Source of the DNA: an uncultured Bacteroidales bacterium
Lineage (GTDB): Bacteria > Bacteroidota > Bacteroidia > Bacteroidales > VadinHA17
DNA: 64,000 nucleotides
Assembly (NCBI GenBank): GCA_963725585.1
Contig: CAVRYU010000005.1
Location: 132,671 to 196,670, forward strand
Direction of reading: 5' to 3'
Each line of letters opens with the position of its first letter. The stretch's first letter is position 1. The notes below the pieces were generated by a model that was not told the origin of the DNA, did not search any database, and saw only the letters and a program-made list of their open reading frames with translations. Both the position numbers and the translations under genes were made by a program. This document shows, piece after piece, positions 9,665 to 19,724 of the stretch.

Positions 9665-10936
9665 TTACAATTCAGTTAATTGCAGATTCCTCCATCTCAC
9701 TTTGATTCCACCTCCGCTGTGTATCTGGAGCATTATCCGGCCTTTACCCTGACCGATCTTCTGGTCTGTCAGATCGGTCATAACTTCTCCGTTAAGCCAT
9801 GTTGTGACCTTATCTCCGACAATTTTAATCCTCATTGTGTTCCAGTCATCTTTCTTAAGGATGTTCTCTTTTTCTTCCGGAATCTGATATATCCATCCTC
9901 TTCCATATGATTCATAAATTCCCCCTGTGTCATGTCCGGGAGGTGCCACTTCAACCTGCCATCCGGATATCTCGACTCCTTTTTTAATATATGAGCGAAT
10001 AAATACCCCGCTGTTTCCGTTTGCCTCTTCCTTGAATTCGAGAGTCAGATCGAAATCATCATAATATTTACGGGTTCCAAGGTAACCGTACTCCTTGTCA
10101 GGTCCGCTTTCGCAAACCAGCTCGCCATCTTTAACATACCACAATTCTGTGCCGTAGACATCCCAGCCTGTAAGGTCCTTACCGTTGAAAAGAGATTCCT
10201 GTTCTGGCTTTCGGGGAAGTTCTTTTATTTTCATGTTTCTGAACCAAACCCTGCTCCCGTGATCCTGTACAGCGAAGTGCCCGCTTCTTGCCAGACCATA
10301 TTCCGGGGCATTTTCCCACTTGCCGCTCCCTTTCCGGGTGAACCAGTCATCTGACCAGGCCTCAAACTCAAGCACCTTCTGTCCATTAAGCCAGTTTTCG
10401 ACATGACCATTATCGAAAACGATCTTTGAAGTATTCCATTCGCCGGCAGGCATTAGTTTTTTCTTTGCCGTATCGCAAACATACATTGCATAATCTGCTC
10501 CTGCTTTCTGCCATTCCTCGATAGGCGAAGCGAAACCTGCATCATCAATCAACTGGTATTCAGGTCCGGTTACGTAGGGTACCTTATATTCCGGCCTTTC
10601 AACTACATGGTAAAGTAGTCCGCTGTTCCCGCCGTCGGAAATTTTCCAGTCGAATGCTATAATGAAATTTTCATATTGTTTTTCAGTAACAATATAACCT
10701 GTACTGTCACTTCCCTTACCAAGTGAGGTCAGTGTTCCCTTTTCGGCCACCCATGGGGCTTTGATAACCGAATCGCCTTTAAAATCGCGCCATCCGTCAA
10801 GGGTTTTACCGTCAAAAAGTAGTTTCCAGCCATCTGTAGCTTCCTGTTCAGAAAGCTTGTTTTGAGCTTGTTTGCATCCTGAAAATAACAATCCGGTGAT
10901 CAGGATTAGGAGCCATAAGGAGATTTTTTGTTTCAT
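9665..10936 (-). CDS. Lipoprotein with two DUF1080 (3-keto-disaccharide hydrolase-like) domains
   Basis: 423 aa with lipobox LLFSGC. The motif GW(K/D)..FDGK(T/D)L(D/T)GW is repeated at both domain starts, with GNSG(L/V) and F(R/A)N(M/L) at the domain ends. Confidence 0.7.
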   Translation of the reverse strand: MKQKISLWLLILITGLLFSGCKQAQNKLSEQEATDGWKLLFDGKTLDGWRDFKGDSVIKAPWVAEKGTLTSLGKGSDSTGYIVTEKQYENFIIAFDWKISDGGNSGLLYHVVERPEYKVPYVTGPEYQLIDDAGFASPIEEWQKAGADYAMYVCDTAKKKLMPAGEWNTSKIVFDNGHVENWLNGQKVLEFEAWSDDWFTRKGSGKWENAPEYGLARSGHFAVQDHGSRVWFRNMKIKELPRKPEQESLFNGKDLTGWDVYGTELWYVKDGELVCESGPDKEYGYLGTRKYYDDFDLTLEFKEEANGNSGVFIRSYIKKGVEISGWQVEVAPPGHDTGGIYESYGRGWIYQIPEEKENILKKDDWNTMRIKIVGDKVTTWLNGEVMTDLTDQKIGQGKGRIMLQIHSGGGIKVRWRNLQLTEL

Positions 10937-10952
10937 ATTTATTAAAGTTTTA

Positions 10953-10998
10953 AGTGTCAGAGTGACTAGAGTGACTAAAGTGACTAAAGTGACTAAAG
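10953..10998. repeat. 9-nt tandem repeat (AGTGACTAA x4 plus a degenerate copy)
   Basis: AGTGTCAG-AGTGACTAG-AGTGACTAA-AGTGACTAA-AGTGACTAA-AG, lying 17-62 nt upstream of the DUF1080 start codon. Confidence 0.85.
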
Positions 10999-11043
10999 TT
11001 ATAAAAATATTAAACTAGCCCTGACAAAAACTGAATGACCAGA

Positions 11044-14000
11044 TTATTTTACCACATATTCTACTTTTCCGGTTACCGGAATTCCGTCAGATGTAATACC
11101 TTCAACAATTATAGCATAGGTTGAAGAAATATCGGCATTAAAGTATTTTACGAGATAATCATTATTGGTGACCACTTTTATATCAGGAAGCCAGTATAAA
11201 GTTGATCTCAAATCAGGTTCGTAACCGCTTTGCAGTGAGGAACTATGCTTTGGTGAATAGAAGATCCTCGGGGCATCATAACCTGAAATATCAGTGCTAA
11301 CAGCATAAGAAACAGGTTTATACGTAATATTTTCAGACGTTTTCGTGATAACCGAAATTACACCAGATGCTCCACGTATTCCAAATGCTGCAGCTTTTGC
11401 TGACTTAATGACATCAATCCTGTCAATCCAGTTCTTTGGGATGGAATTTACCTCTTCGTATGATGATACCATCCCATCAAGCAGAAAAAGTGGATCCTGA
11501 TTATCAGAAAGCATGTAGTGATCCGGATCCATGAATTCTGAACCCGGGAGCACTACGGTTTTCGGGTTTGGATAAAGTCAATCCTGACACTCTGCCAATA
11601 AGGATGTCACTTGATGCTTCTCGCACTTTCCAACTGAGGAGTCATTATTACTTCCTTGTCAGGCTGTCCGTAAACCAACCGGATCTGGTTTACCTGGAAT
11701 TCCCTGGGTGTTTCCTTCCTCTTGGCAAGAATCATGACTTCATCTATCAGAATTGTATCAGCGAGTGTATATTTTTTTCTTATGGATCTTTTAATCTCAT
11801 AAGCCTCCTGCAGCGATTTGAAATTGTCATTATCAATTTGATCCTCCCTGACCGGAAAGTATGTCAGGACTTTACTCTTTCTTACTTCCGGGGGCGAATA
11901 ATTCAACAGAATCCATTAATAACCTGCCCTGGAAATTTCCTCTGTCATCAATTGCGTTTACAACAACCTTTGCCTTACCGGTAAGATTATCCAGAGCAAG
12001 GCTGAATCTTCCGGCAGAATCGGTTTTTATACTGGTAATAATATTGTTCTTATCCTTAAAAATGCCAATTGTCACAGTCGTGTTTATCAACGGCGTGTTT
12101 ACAACTGATCTTCTCAATCTTCCGGATATCGTAAACCCTGATTCAGGCAGGTACTTTAATTCTTTGTACTTCCATTCAAAATCGCGCCATCCCTGTGTAA
12201 GCAGAAGCAGATCAAGATCTTTTAACCGGTCAGGATTTGCCGGATCAAAATAATATGAAGGCTCCTCAATCGGACCATGTACATCTGATTCGAGAAGGAA
12301 CCAGGAGGAGATCGACGAAGGAAATTGAGACGTCTGTTTTGCGTAAATTTTATCCGTTGACGATAGTGACAGAAAAACTTCCTGCCCTGTTCCAAAGTCT
12401 TTAAGTACGGAAAGTTTAATGGAAACTGAGTCGCGTTGATTATATACTTTTTTATCAGGTTCAATATTTAAGGTTACAACTTCCTGGTTCTGAACATAAA
12501 CCAGGCGCTCACACAATGGATTGTTATCAAGTCCAAATAATGTTATCATAACAACTCCGTCGGGCAGTTCTTCTGCAGGAATAGTGTAAAGATTGTCGAG
12601 GGTTTTTATTTTGACTGACAGCGTCTTAATTATTTTTCCATGAGATGAAACCGTTGTTAAAAGATCACGTCCCAGGAACCGCGGCAATGTTTCAGGATTT
12701 GTTTTTAGTGTCATCAAATGCTCATTCATCTGACTGACACCATGACTTATAACAAAACCTTTTGCAAAACTCTCCGGAATTTCACGTTTAATTACATCAC
12801 CTTTGGAATTTTTTACTGTTGCATAATAGCTTAAGCCAGGTAACGGTTTGAGAATGAACATCCCCATTCCAAGGTGCGTACTGCTGAATGTTGTTATTAA
12901 TACCCCGTCGGATGAAAAAACCTCACCCGACACATCACATCCTGCTCTTGCTCCATTTTCAGCTTTAAAGGCAACAACTGATGAAACATTTTCAATTAAC
13001 GAGCCTCCCTCAGGGAAAAAGGTGATTTCCAGATTGCTGTCTGCTATTTTAATATCATCAGAATCACCTTCAATGGCAGAAGATCCGCCGATGACCGAGA
13101 TCTCCTTATTGAAGTATAATTTATCTCCAAAGTTCCTCATGTAGTTTGTATACACCCTTAGCCTGTATTTACCTGTCTGAATGTCGTCAGGTAAAGTGAA
13201 ATCCCCGTTTCCCAGGCCATTGTCAAGCTTTATTATCCTGCTCTCCAGTATTTTGGATGAAGGTGAAATGAGTTCAATATGAAGATTTTTGGAGCTGTCC
13301 AGAGGTATATGGGTCAAGCCATCAACAACATAAGACTTAAACCACACAACATCACCCGGATAGTAAAAATCACGATCGGTATGCAAATAGACTTTTTCTG
13401 TTATTCCGGCTTCCTGGTTATCGGTATGATCGGTATATATAGTATCCAGTACTCTTAAATCGTTATATGACTTGTCCTGCATATTCTCAGATGGCTTATA
13501 ATCATAAGGGAGCAGGTCGGCAATCCCCTGCTTTGCCATTTCCCCATGCCATATAATCCCGGGTCCTTTATAATAGCCGGTTTTATCGAAGAAAATATTG
13601 TTTCTCAATATCTCTAACCCGGTTTTGGCCTTGCCTGGCCTCCATTCAATTGAAAGGATTACCGGGATTGCTTCGGAATAATAAATAGTCTTTTTTCGCT
13701 GACCGGTATCGGTGCTGAGTTGATTTCTTACAAGATCCCTGTAAGAAAGTTGTCTCTTTTCATTTTTAATGATATAACCTCCCGGTTTCAGATCATCTTC
13801 CCAGAGGGATCTGATAAAGTGCATTTTTGATCCGAAATATGCATTGTCCCTTTTTGCTTCAAATTTTTGTCTTTCAGATGTTGTAATGGTGTCCTCATCA
13901 AATAAGGAATTCCCGATGAGCTGATTGAGATAAGCGGATTTGATATATATGAATTTGTTGAGGTAATAGGTAATTTTATATCCCAACCCCCTGTTAACGA

Positions 14001-14493
14001 TAAATAAAGGTTTCAGGCAAACAGCCCTAAGCGTGTCCTTATCGGCGCTGGTAATAAACCTGATATCATCCTCATTGATTATTGCGCATTCTTTTGCATT
14101 TCTCGTCCTTCCAAGGAACTCCCTCCTGAAAATAGCCAGGTTCTCCCGCCTGATATTGGGATTCCCCCTGGCATTGACGGAGACGTCCTTCATCTCAAAG
14201 ACTTTTGGTTCAAGATAAACCAGAATATCCTTCCCTGATGAGAAATCATTTACAGTTGCAGAGTAATATCCTAATGCACTTATTGTCAGCGGCATTGAGA
14301 AATTATTCTTTATATCAAGTTTGAAAGAACCATTATCGTTTGTATATGAAGCAACCGAGGTTCCGTCAAAATAGACTGCTGCATAAGAAATCGGGATTCT
14401 TGTTTCCTTGTCGAGGATTGTCCCTTTAATGATCTGATTATAGGAAACCTGGCAGAGAATAAAAAAGATGAATAATAAAAATATTTTTTTCAA
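11044..14493 (-). pseudogene. ~1150-aa CarboxypepD_reg / MG2 (alpha-2-macroglobulin-like) / Plug-domain outer-membrane-associated protein, at least 3 frame breaks
   Basis: ORFs 11872-14493, 11607-11906 and 11044-11553, plus an unlisted frame (ASSDILIGRVSGLTLSKPENRSAPGFRIHGSGS), are collinear. N-terminus GTILDKETRIPISYAAVYF is CarboxypepD_reg-like. YLHTDRDFYYPGDVVWFKSY is MG2-like. The C-terminus (DILIGRVSGL..FRIHGSGS..PLFLLDG..GASGVISVITK) is Plug-like. The first break coincides with the G5 run at 11890-11894. Confidence 0.65.
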
Positions 14494-14613
14494 ATCAGAG
14501 AAAATATCATTAAACCTGTAGCTACTAATTTCGTCATTAATTTGTTTCCATCGAAGATGAGAAATAAGATATTTTAATGTTGTCTTAAGCTTTTAATACT
14601 TCCTTTTAAGACT

Positions 14614-14636
14614 GCATGACCGCATGACCGCACGAC
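14614..14636. repeat. 8-nt tandem repeat (GCATGACC x2 plus GCACGAC)
   Basis: GCATGACCGCATGACCGCACGAC in the divergent intergenic region. Confidence 0.7.
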
Positions 14637-14697
14637 ATTTAAATTCCCCCGGTTAATAATTCTGCTTCCTGAATTGACAGTTTCACTACAAATTACC

Positions 14698-14705
14698 TAA
14701 TTTTG
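14698..14705 (+). promoter_or_regulatory. Candidate -7 box (TAATTTTG) for the DUF5063-exonuclease operon
   Basis: Exact TAnnTTTG match, 22 nt upstream of the ATG at 14727. Confidence 0.35.
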
Positions 14706-14726
14706 CAGGTCAAATAATTTATACTG

Positions 14727-15347
14727 ATGACAAACAGGACCGATCCGGTTTATTCGAGAAATGTTGTGGAGTTTACAGCAGCTGCTGTTGAATTCTGTAA
14801 ATACGCAGAGCATGCAGGGGAGATGAAGGGCGATGAGCTGCTGAAAATATTGCAGCGCATTCTTCCTTATTTATACCTTAAGGCATCCCTTCTACCGGCA
14901 CTTGATCCTTATTTTGAGGATGGCAATGAGAAATTTGTGACCGAATCGGACTGGTTCAAAATTCATGATACACTTAGAGGAAAATTCGGTACCGCCGATG
15001 ATTACCTTGAAGTTTTTGATGATAAGATAAATGAATCAGATAGTCCGGTTGTTTCAAGCATTTCGGAGAATATGGCCGATATCTACCAGGATCTTAAAGA
15101 CTTTCTTTTGCTTTACCAGACTGGTACTCAGGAGGTGATGAACGATGCTGTATGGGAATGCAGGCAGAATTTTGAAACTTTCTGGGGTCAGAAACTTACA
15201 AATTCATTAAGGGCAATACATAAATTCATTTATTCTGGTGAAGAGATCGGAAAGATTGAACCGGAAGAGGATAATGGCGAAGAAAGAGATACTTCCGGCT
15301 GGTTTATAACACGAAGGCAAAAGGATTTAAGAAGTAATGGTAAATAA
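14727..15347 (+). CDS. DUF5063-like protein
   Basis: 206 aa. N-terminus (VYSRNVVEFTAAAVEFCKYAEH) and an acidic C-terminus resemble the Bacteroidota DUF5063 family as I recall it. Overlaps the next gene by 11 nt. Confidence 0.5.
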   Translation: MTNRTDPVYSRNVVEFTAAAVEFCKYAEHAGEMKGDELLKILQRILPYLYLKASLLPALDPYFEDGNEKFVTESDWFKIHDTLRGKFGTADDYLEVFDDKINESDSPVVSSISENMADIYQDLKDFLLLYQTGTQEVMNDAVWECRQNFETFWGQKLTNSLRAIHKFIYSGEEIGKIEPEEDNGEERDTSGWFITRRQKDLRSNGK

Positions 15348-15924
15348 CAGGTATCAGGAATCAATAACGGCTGAGGAGCTCGAAAAATGCGAATTGTCGT
15401 GGTTCAAAGGTGAGATAGTACTTGTAGAGGATATGAAGTCTTTTAATGAAACATTTCCAAGGCTTCTGGAATCAGAAGTTCTTGGATTCGACACCGAAAC
15501 GAGGCCATCATTCAAAAAGGGACGGAAGAACAAAGTCTCCCTTATACAGCTTGCAAATGAAGAGCTTGCCTGCCTGATAAGGATCAACAGGGTAGGGATA
15601 CCTCCACAACTGTCAAAGCTTCTTGCCAACGAAGATGTGATCAAAGCCGGAGTGGCAGTTCACGATGATATTCGATTCCTCAAAAGGGTAAAAGGGTTTA
15701 ATCCATCAGGATTTGTTGATCTGCAAAAGTTTGTAAGGGATTATGGGATAGGGGTTTCCGGATTAAAAAAGCTCTCTGCAATTGTTCTTGGTTTTAAAAT
15801 ATCAAAACGGCAACAGGTTACAGACTGGGAAGCTGAAAAGTTAACGGATGCCCAGAAGGTTTATGCAGCAACGGATGCATGGGTTTGCTATCAGATATAT
15901 AGAAAGCTGGTGAATGGGGGATAG
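15337..15924 (+). CDS. 3'-5' exonuclease (DnaQ/RNase D-like, DEDDy)
   Basis: 195 aa with Exo I FDTETRP, Exo II LANEDVIKAGVAVHDD, and Exo III YAATDAWVCYQIY. Confidence 0.8.
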   Translation: MVNNRYQESITAEELEKCELSWFKGEIVLVEDMKSFNETFPRLLESEVLGFDTETRPSFKKGRKNKVSLIQLANEELACLIRINRVGIPPQLSKLLANEDVIKAGVAVHDDIRFLKRVKGFNPSGFVDLQKFVRDYGIGVSGLKKLSAIVLGFKISKRQQVTDWEAEKLTDAQKVYAATDAWVCYQIYRKLVNGG

Positions 15925-15996
15925 ACCCCCTTCCTGACCTTCCCCCAGGGGGGCAGGAAGAAAACTTTTCCCCCTGGGGGAAATTAGAAAGGGGGT
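15925..15996. repeat. C5/G5-clamped nested hairpin element
   Basis: ACCCCCTT (15925-15932) pairs with AAGGGGGT (15989-15996). This encloses CTTCCTG..CCCCC-A-GGGGG..CAGGAAG and TTTCCCCC-T-GGGGGAAA. Confidence 0.75.
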
Positions 15997-16023
15997 ATAA
16001 TCAATGCTAAAAATTAAAGGTCA

Positions 16024-17205
16024 GTGCAGAAAACTAAAATAGTCCTTAAATCAGGAAAAGAACAATCGATCCGACGATACCACCCATGGATCTTTTCCGG
16101 AGCAATAAAAATGATTTACGGTGATCCTTTGGAAGGAGATATCGTAACTGTATTTGACAATAATGATAATTTTCTCGCGGTAGGTCATTATCAGCCGAGT
16201 TCGATAGCTGTAAGGATCCTCTCATTTGAAGATATTGAACCGGATACCGGGTTTTTCAGGGGTCGGATCAGGAATGCAATTGATTTCAGGAGGTCATTGG
16301 GACTGATTGATAATAATTCTGTTAATGTTTTCAGATTGGTCCATGGCGAAGGTGACAATCTTCCAGGGTTGATAGCTGACTTCTACAATGGTGTGATAGT
16401 TATGCAGTCGCATTCGGTTGGTATGTACAGGATCAGGAAAGAAATTGCAGGGATCCTGGCAGAATTGATGGGTGACAGTGTCAAAGCGATTTATGACAAG
16501 AGTGAATCTACAATTCCATTTAAGGCAGGAATCGCAGCAAACAATGAATTCCTATTTGGAAGTTCAGGACCAGTTATTGTCACTGAAAACGGATTTAAAT
16601 TCATGATTGACTGGACCACCGGGCAGAAAACAGGATTTTTTATTGATCAGAGGGAAAACAGGAAGCTTTTAAGTGAATTCACAAAAGACAGGAGTGTCCT
16701 TAACATGTTCGGATATACCGGAGGATTTTCTGTTTATGCAATGAAAGATGCCAGACTTGTTCACAGTGTCGACAGTTCGGTGTCAGCCACTGCGCTTGCT
16801 GACGATAATGTCAGGCTTAATTTCGGGGATGACAGCCGGCACCGATCATTTCAAGTCGATGCTTTTGAATTCCTGAATAATATAAGTGACAAATACGACC
16901 TGATAATTCTTGATCCACCTGCATTTGCCAAGCACAATAATGTACTTGCAAATGCCCTGCAGGGTTACAAGAGGCTTAACATGAAGGCAATTGAGCAGAT
17001 AAAACCGGGTGGGATAATTTTCACTTTTTCCTGTTCTCAGGTTGTGACAAGGGAGAATTTCAGGAAATCGGTTTTTGCCGCCGCCGCCAATACCGGAAGA
17101 AACGTCAGGATACTGCACCAGATGAGCCAGCCTCCTGATCATCCGGTTAATATTTACCACCCTGAGAGTGAGTATCTGAAAGGGTTGGTGCTGTATGTGG
17201 AATAA
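16024..17205 (+). CDS. rlmI: Class I SAM-dependent rRNA methyltransferase, RlmI-like (PUA + MTase)
   Basis: 393 aa with a GTG start. N-terminus KSGKEQSIRRYHPWIFSGAI. SAM motif VLNMFGYTGGFSV. DLIILDPPAFAK. Confidence 0.75.
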   Translation: MQKTKIVLKSGKEQSIRRYHPWIFSGAIKMIYGDPLEGDIVTVFDNNDNFLAVGHYQPSSIAVRILSFEDIEPDTGFFRGRIRNAIDFRRSLGLIDNNSVNVFRLVHGEGDNLPGLIADFYNGVIVMQSHSVGMYRIRKEIAGILAELMGDSVKAIYDKSESTIPFKAGIAANNEFLFGSSGPVIVTENGFKFMIDWTTGQKTGFFIDQRENRKLLSEFTKDRSVLNMFGYTGGFSVYAMKDARLVHSVDSSVSATALADDNVRLNFGDDSRHRSFQVDAFEFLNNISDKYDLIILDPPAFAKHNNVLANALQGYKRLNMKAIEQIKPGGIIFTFSCSQVVTRENFRKSVFAAAANTGRNVRILHQMSQPPDHPVNIYHPESEYLKGLVLYVE

Positions 17206-17235
17206 GAAATTTGAAAATTTGAAAATTTGAAAATG
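17206..17235. repeat. 8-nt tandem repeat (GAAAATTT x3.5) running into the tex start codon
   Basis: GAAATTT-GAAAATTT-GAAAATTT-GAAAATG. The last unit supplies the ATG at 17233. Confidence 0.8.
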
Positions 17236-19368
17236 AATTCTAACAAGAATATTACGTTGATTGCCTCAAAACTTGGCCTTCATGAATGGCAGGTTGAGAA
17301 TACGATCCGACTTATGGATGATGGTTCGACCATCCCCTTCATAAGCCGCTACAGGAAAGAGATGACCGGTACTCTTGATGAAGTTAAACTGCTTCATATC
17401 AAGGATGAATACCAGAGGCTTAAGGATCTTGATTCACGACGGGTAGCAGTGATAAAATCGATTGAGGAACAGGAGAAAATGACTCCTGATCTCATGTCGA
17501 GGATTGAATCAGCCCTGACAATGACCGAACTTGAAGATATATATCTGCCTTTCAGACCGAAGCGCAGAACACGTGCCACAATTGCAAGGGAGAAGGGACT
17601 GGAGCCGTTGGCCTTTATTATTATGGAGCAGAATGAACGGGATCCACGACAAAAAGCCGAAGAGTTTCTTAATGATGATGTTAAAACTGTTGAAGATGCG
17701 CTTGCAGGAGCCTCAGATATAATTGCTGAATGGATAAGTGAGGATGAAAAGGCAAGAAGGCAGTTAAGAAATCTATACGGGAAAGAGGCGGTGATTTTTT
17801 CAAAAGTCGTGAAAGGGAAGGAATCAGAAGGGATAAAATTCAGTGACTATTACGACTGGTCAGAACCAATGAGAAAATGCCCATCACACAGGCTTCTGGC
17901 AATGAGAAGGGGAGAGGATGAGGGATTTCTTCGCCTGACTATCGGACCCGATGAAAAAAATGCACTTGAAATTCTGAATTCAATATTTATAAAGGGAGCA
18001 AACTATTCCTCCGACCTCGTCAAAGAAGCTATAAAGGATAGCTGGAAGAGACTGCTTGCCTCATCAATGGAGACAGAATTCAGAAATATTTCAAAAGAAA
18101 GGGCCGATGAGGAAGCAATACTTGTATTTGCCGATAATCTGAAGCAGCTTTTGCTTGCCTCTCCACTTGGTGAAAAAAATGTGCTTGCCATTGATCCGGG
18201 ATTCAGAACCGGCTGTAAAATAGTCTGTCTCGACCGGCAGGGAAATCTCCTTCATAATGAGACAATTTATCCTCATCCTCCGCAGAACGAGACCGCCCTT
18301 TCTATCAAGAAGATCCTTTCACTTGTAAATGCATATAAAATTGAGGCAATAGCCATCGGTAATGGTACAGCAAGCCGTGAAACAGAGGATTTTATCAAGT
18401 GGGTAAAATTTGATAAGGACATCCAGGTATTTGTTGTCAGTGAAGCAGGGGCATCAATTTACTCCGCATCAAAAGTTGCCCGCGATGAATTTCCTGACTA
18501 TGATGTTACTGTCAGGGGGTCGGTCTCGATCGGAAGAAGGCTGATGGATCCGCTGGCAGAGCTTGTAAAGATCGATCCCAAATCGATAGGAGTGGGTCAG
18601 TACCAGCATGATGTTGATCAGCAGAAGCTTCAGGCTACACTGGATGAGGTTGTTGCGAGCTGTGTAAACGGGGTGGGAGTAGAGGTTAACACTGCGAGTA
18701 TGCATCTGCTTACTTATGTTTCGGGACTTGGTCCCCAACTGGCTCAGAACATTGTCGATTACCGTGCTGAGAATGGCCCGTTCAAATCCAGGGCAGAGTT
18801 AATGAAGGTCAAAAGGATGGGAGCAAAGGCTTTCGAGCAGAGTGCGGGCTTTCTGAGGATACGTAATGCCGAAAATCCTCTTGATTCTAGTGCGGTCCAT
18901 CCTGAGAGCTATCATGTTGTTGAAAGGATGTCGAACGATCTCAGCTGTGAAGTCAGGGAACTGATGACAAGCGAAAGCAAACGAAAGGAAATCAAACTGG
19001 AAAAGTATATTACACAATCAGTCGGGTTACCAACCTTAAAGGACATAATGGAGGAGCTGTCAAAGCCCGGACGGGATCCGAGATCAAAAATTAAGGAATT
19101 CAGTTTCGCCGATATTCACACGATGGAAGATCTGTCCCCCGGAATGGTTGTTCCCGGAATTGTAACAAATGTTACAAAATTCGGAGCCTTTGTCGACATT
19201 GGAATAAAGCAGGATGGGTTGGTCCATATTTCCAATATGAGTAACAGTTATGTCTCTGATCCGTCAAAAGTTGTTAAGCTTCATCAGCATGTTATGGTAA
19301 AAGTGATAGATGTCGATATTGACAGGAAAAGGATCCAGTTGTCGATGAAGGAGATTGATAAGAAATAA
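17233..19368 (+). CDS. tex: Tex-like transcription accessory protein (YqgF/HHH/S1 domains)
   Basis: About 711 aa. N-terminus WQVENTIRLMDDGSTIPFISRYRKE. YqgF-like AIDPGFRTGCK. C-terminal S1 domain GMVVPGIVTNVTKFGAFVDIG. Confidence 0.9.
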   Translation: MNSNKNITLIASKLGLHEWQVENTIRLMDDGSTIPFISRYRKEMTGTLDEVKLLHIKDEYQRLKDLDSRRVAVIKSIEEQEKMTPDLMSRIESALTMTELEDIYLPFRPKRRTRATIAREKGLEPLAFIIMEQNERDPRQKAEEFLNDDVKTVEDALAGASDIIAEWISEDEKARRQLRNLYGKEAVIFSKVVKGKESEGIKFSDYYDWSEPMRKCPSHRLLAMRRGEDEGFLRLTIGPDEKNALEILNSIFIKGANYSSDLVKEAIKDSWKRLLASSMETEFRNISKERADEEAILVFADNLKQLLLASPLGEKNVLAIDPGFRTGCKIVCLDRQGNLLHNETIYPHPPQNETALSIKKILSLVNAYKIEAIAIGNGTASRETEDFIKWVKFDKDIQVFVVSEAGASIYSASKVARDEFPDYDVTVRGSVSIGRRLMDPLAELVKIDPKSIGVGQYQHDVDQQKLQATLDEVVASCVNGVGVEVNTASMHLLTYVSGLGPQLAQNIVDYRAENGPFKSRAELMKVKRMGAKAFEQSAGFLRIRNAENPLDSSAVHPESYHVVERMSNDLSCEVRELMTSESKRKEIKLEKYITQSVGLPTLKDIMEELSKPGRDPRSKIKEFSFADIHTMEDLSPGMVVPGIVTNVTKFGAFVDIGIKQDGLVHISNMSNSYVSDPSKVVKLHQHVMVKVIDVDIDRKRIQLSMKEIDKK

Positions 19369-19369
19369 G

Positions 19370-19588
19370 TTGGGCTAAAGCCCAAAAAAGTAGTGGTGGG
19401 CTGTCCTTCCGTCAGCTGAAGCTGACTTAACTGATTCAAAGTAATAGACCGGATAGGTACATAATAATTGGTATCAACTTAAACAAACACTAAATTTTAG
19501 GCGGTACTGAGCGGGATGTAATTTCAATTGCCGTCAGCTTCAGCTGACGGGTAATGGAGTTAACCCATTGTTCCGGGACTTTAGTCCC
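19370..19588. repeat. Set of short GC hairpins downstream of tex
   Basis: TTGGGCTAAAGCCCAA (19370-19385). GTCAGCTGAAGCTGAC (19411-19426). The inverse-loop copy CCGTCAGCTTCAGCTGACGG (19531-19550). GGGACTTTAGTCCC (19575-19588). Confidence 0.75.
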
Positions 19589-19724
19589 TAATTTATCGGA
19601 TTGATTTATTTATAAAATGATATTGTTATAGGTAAAATAATTACTGTAAAACATATATAAATATATTGATAAACAGTAAATATTTATTGTGAAATATATT
19701 AAGTTTGATGGAACCACTCCTCGG

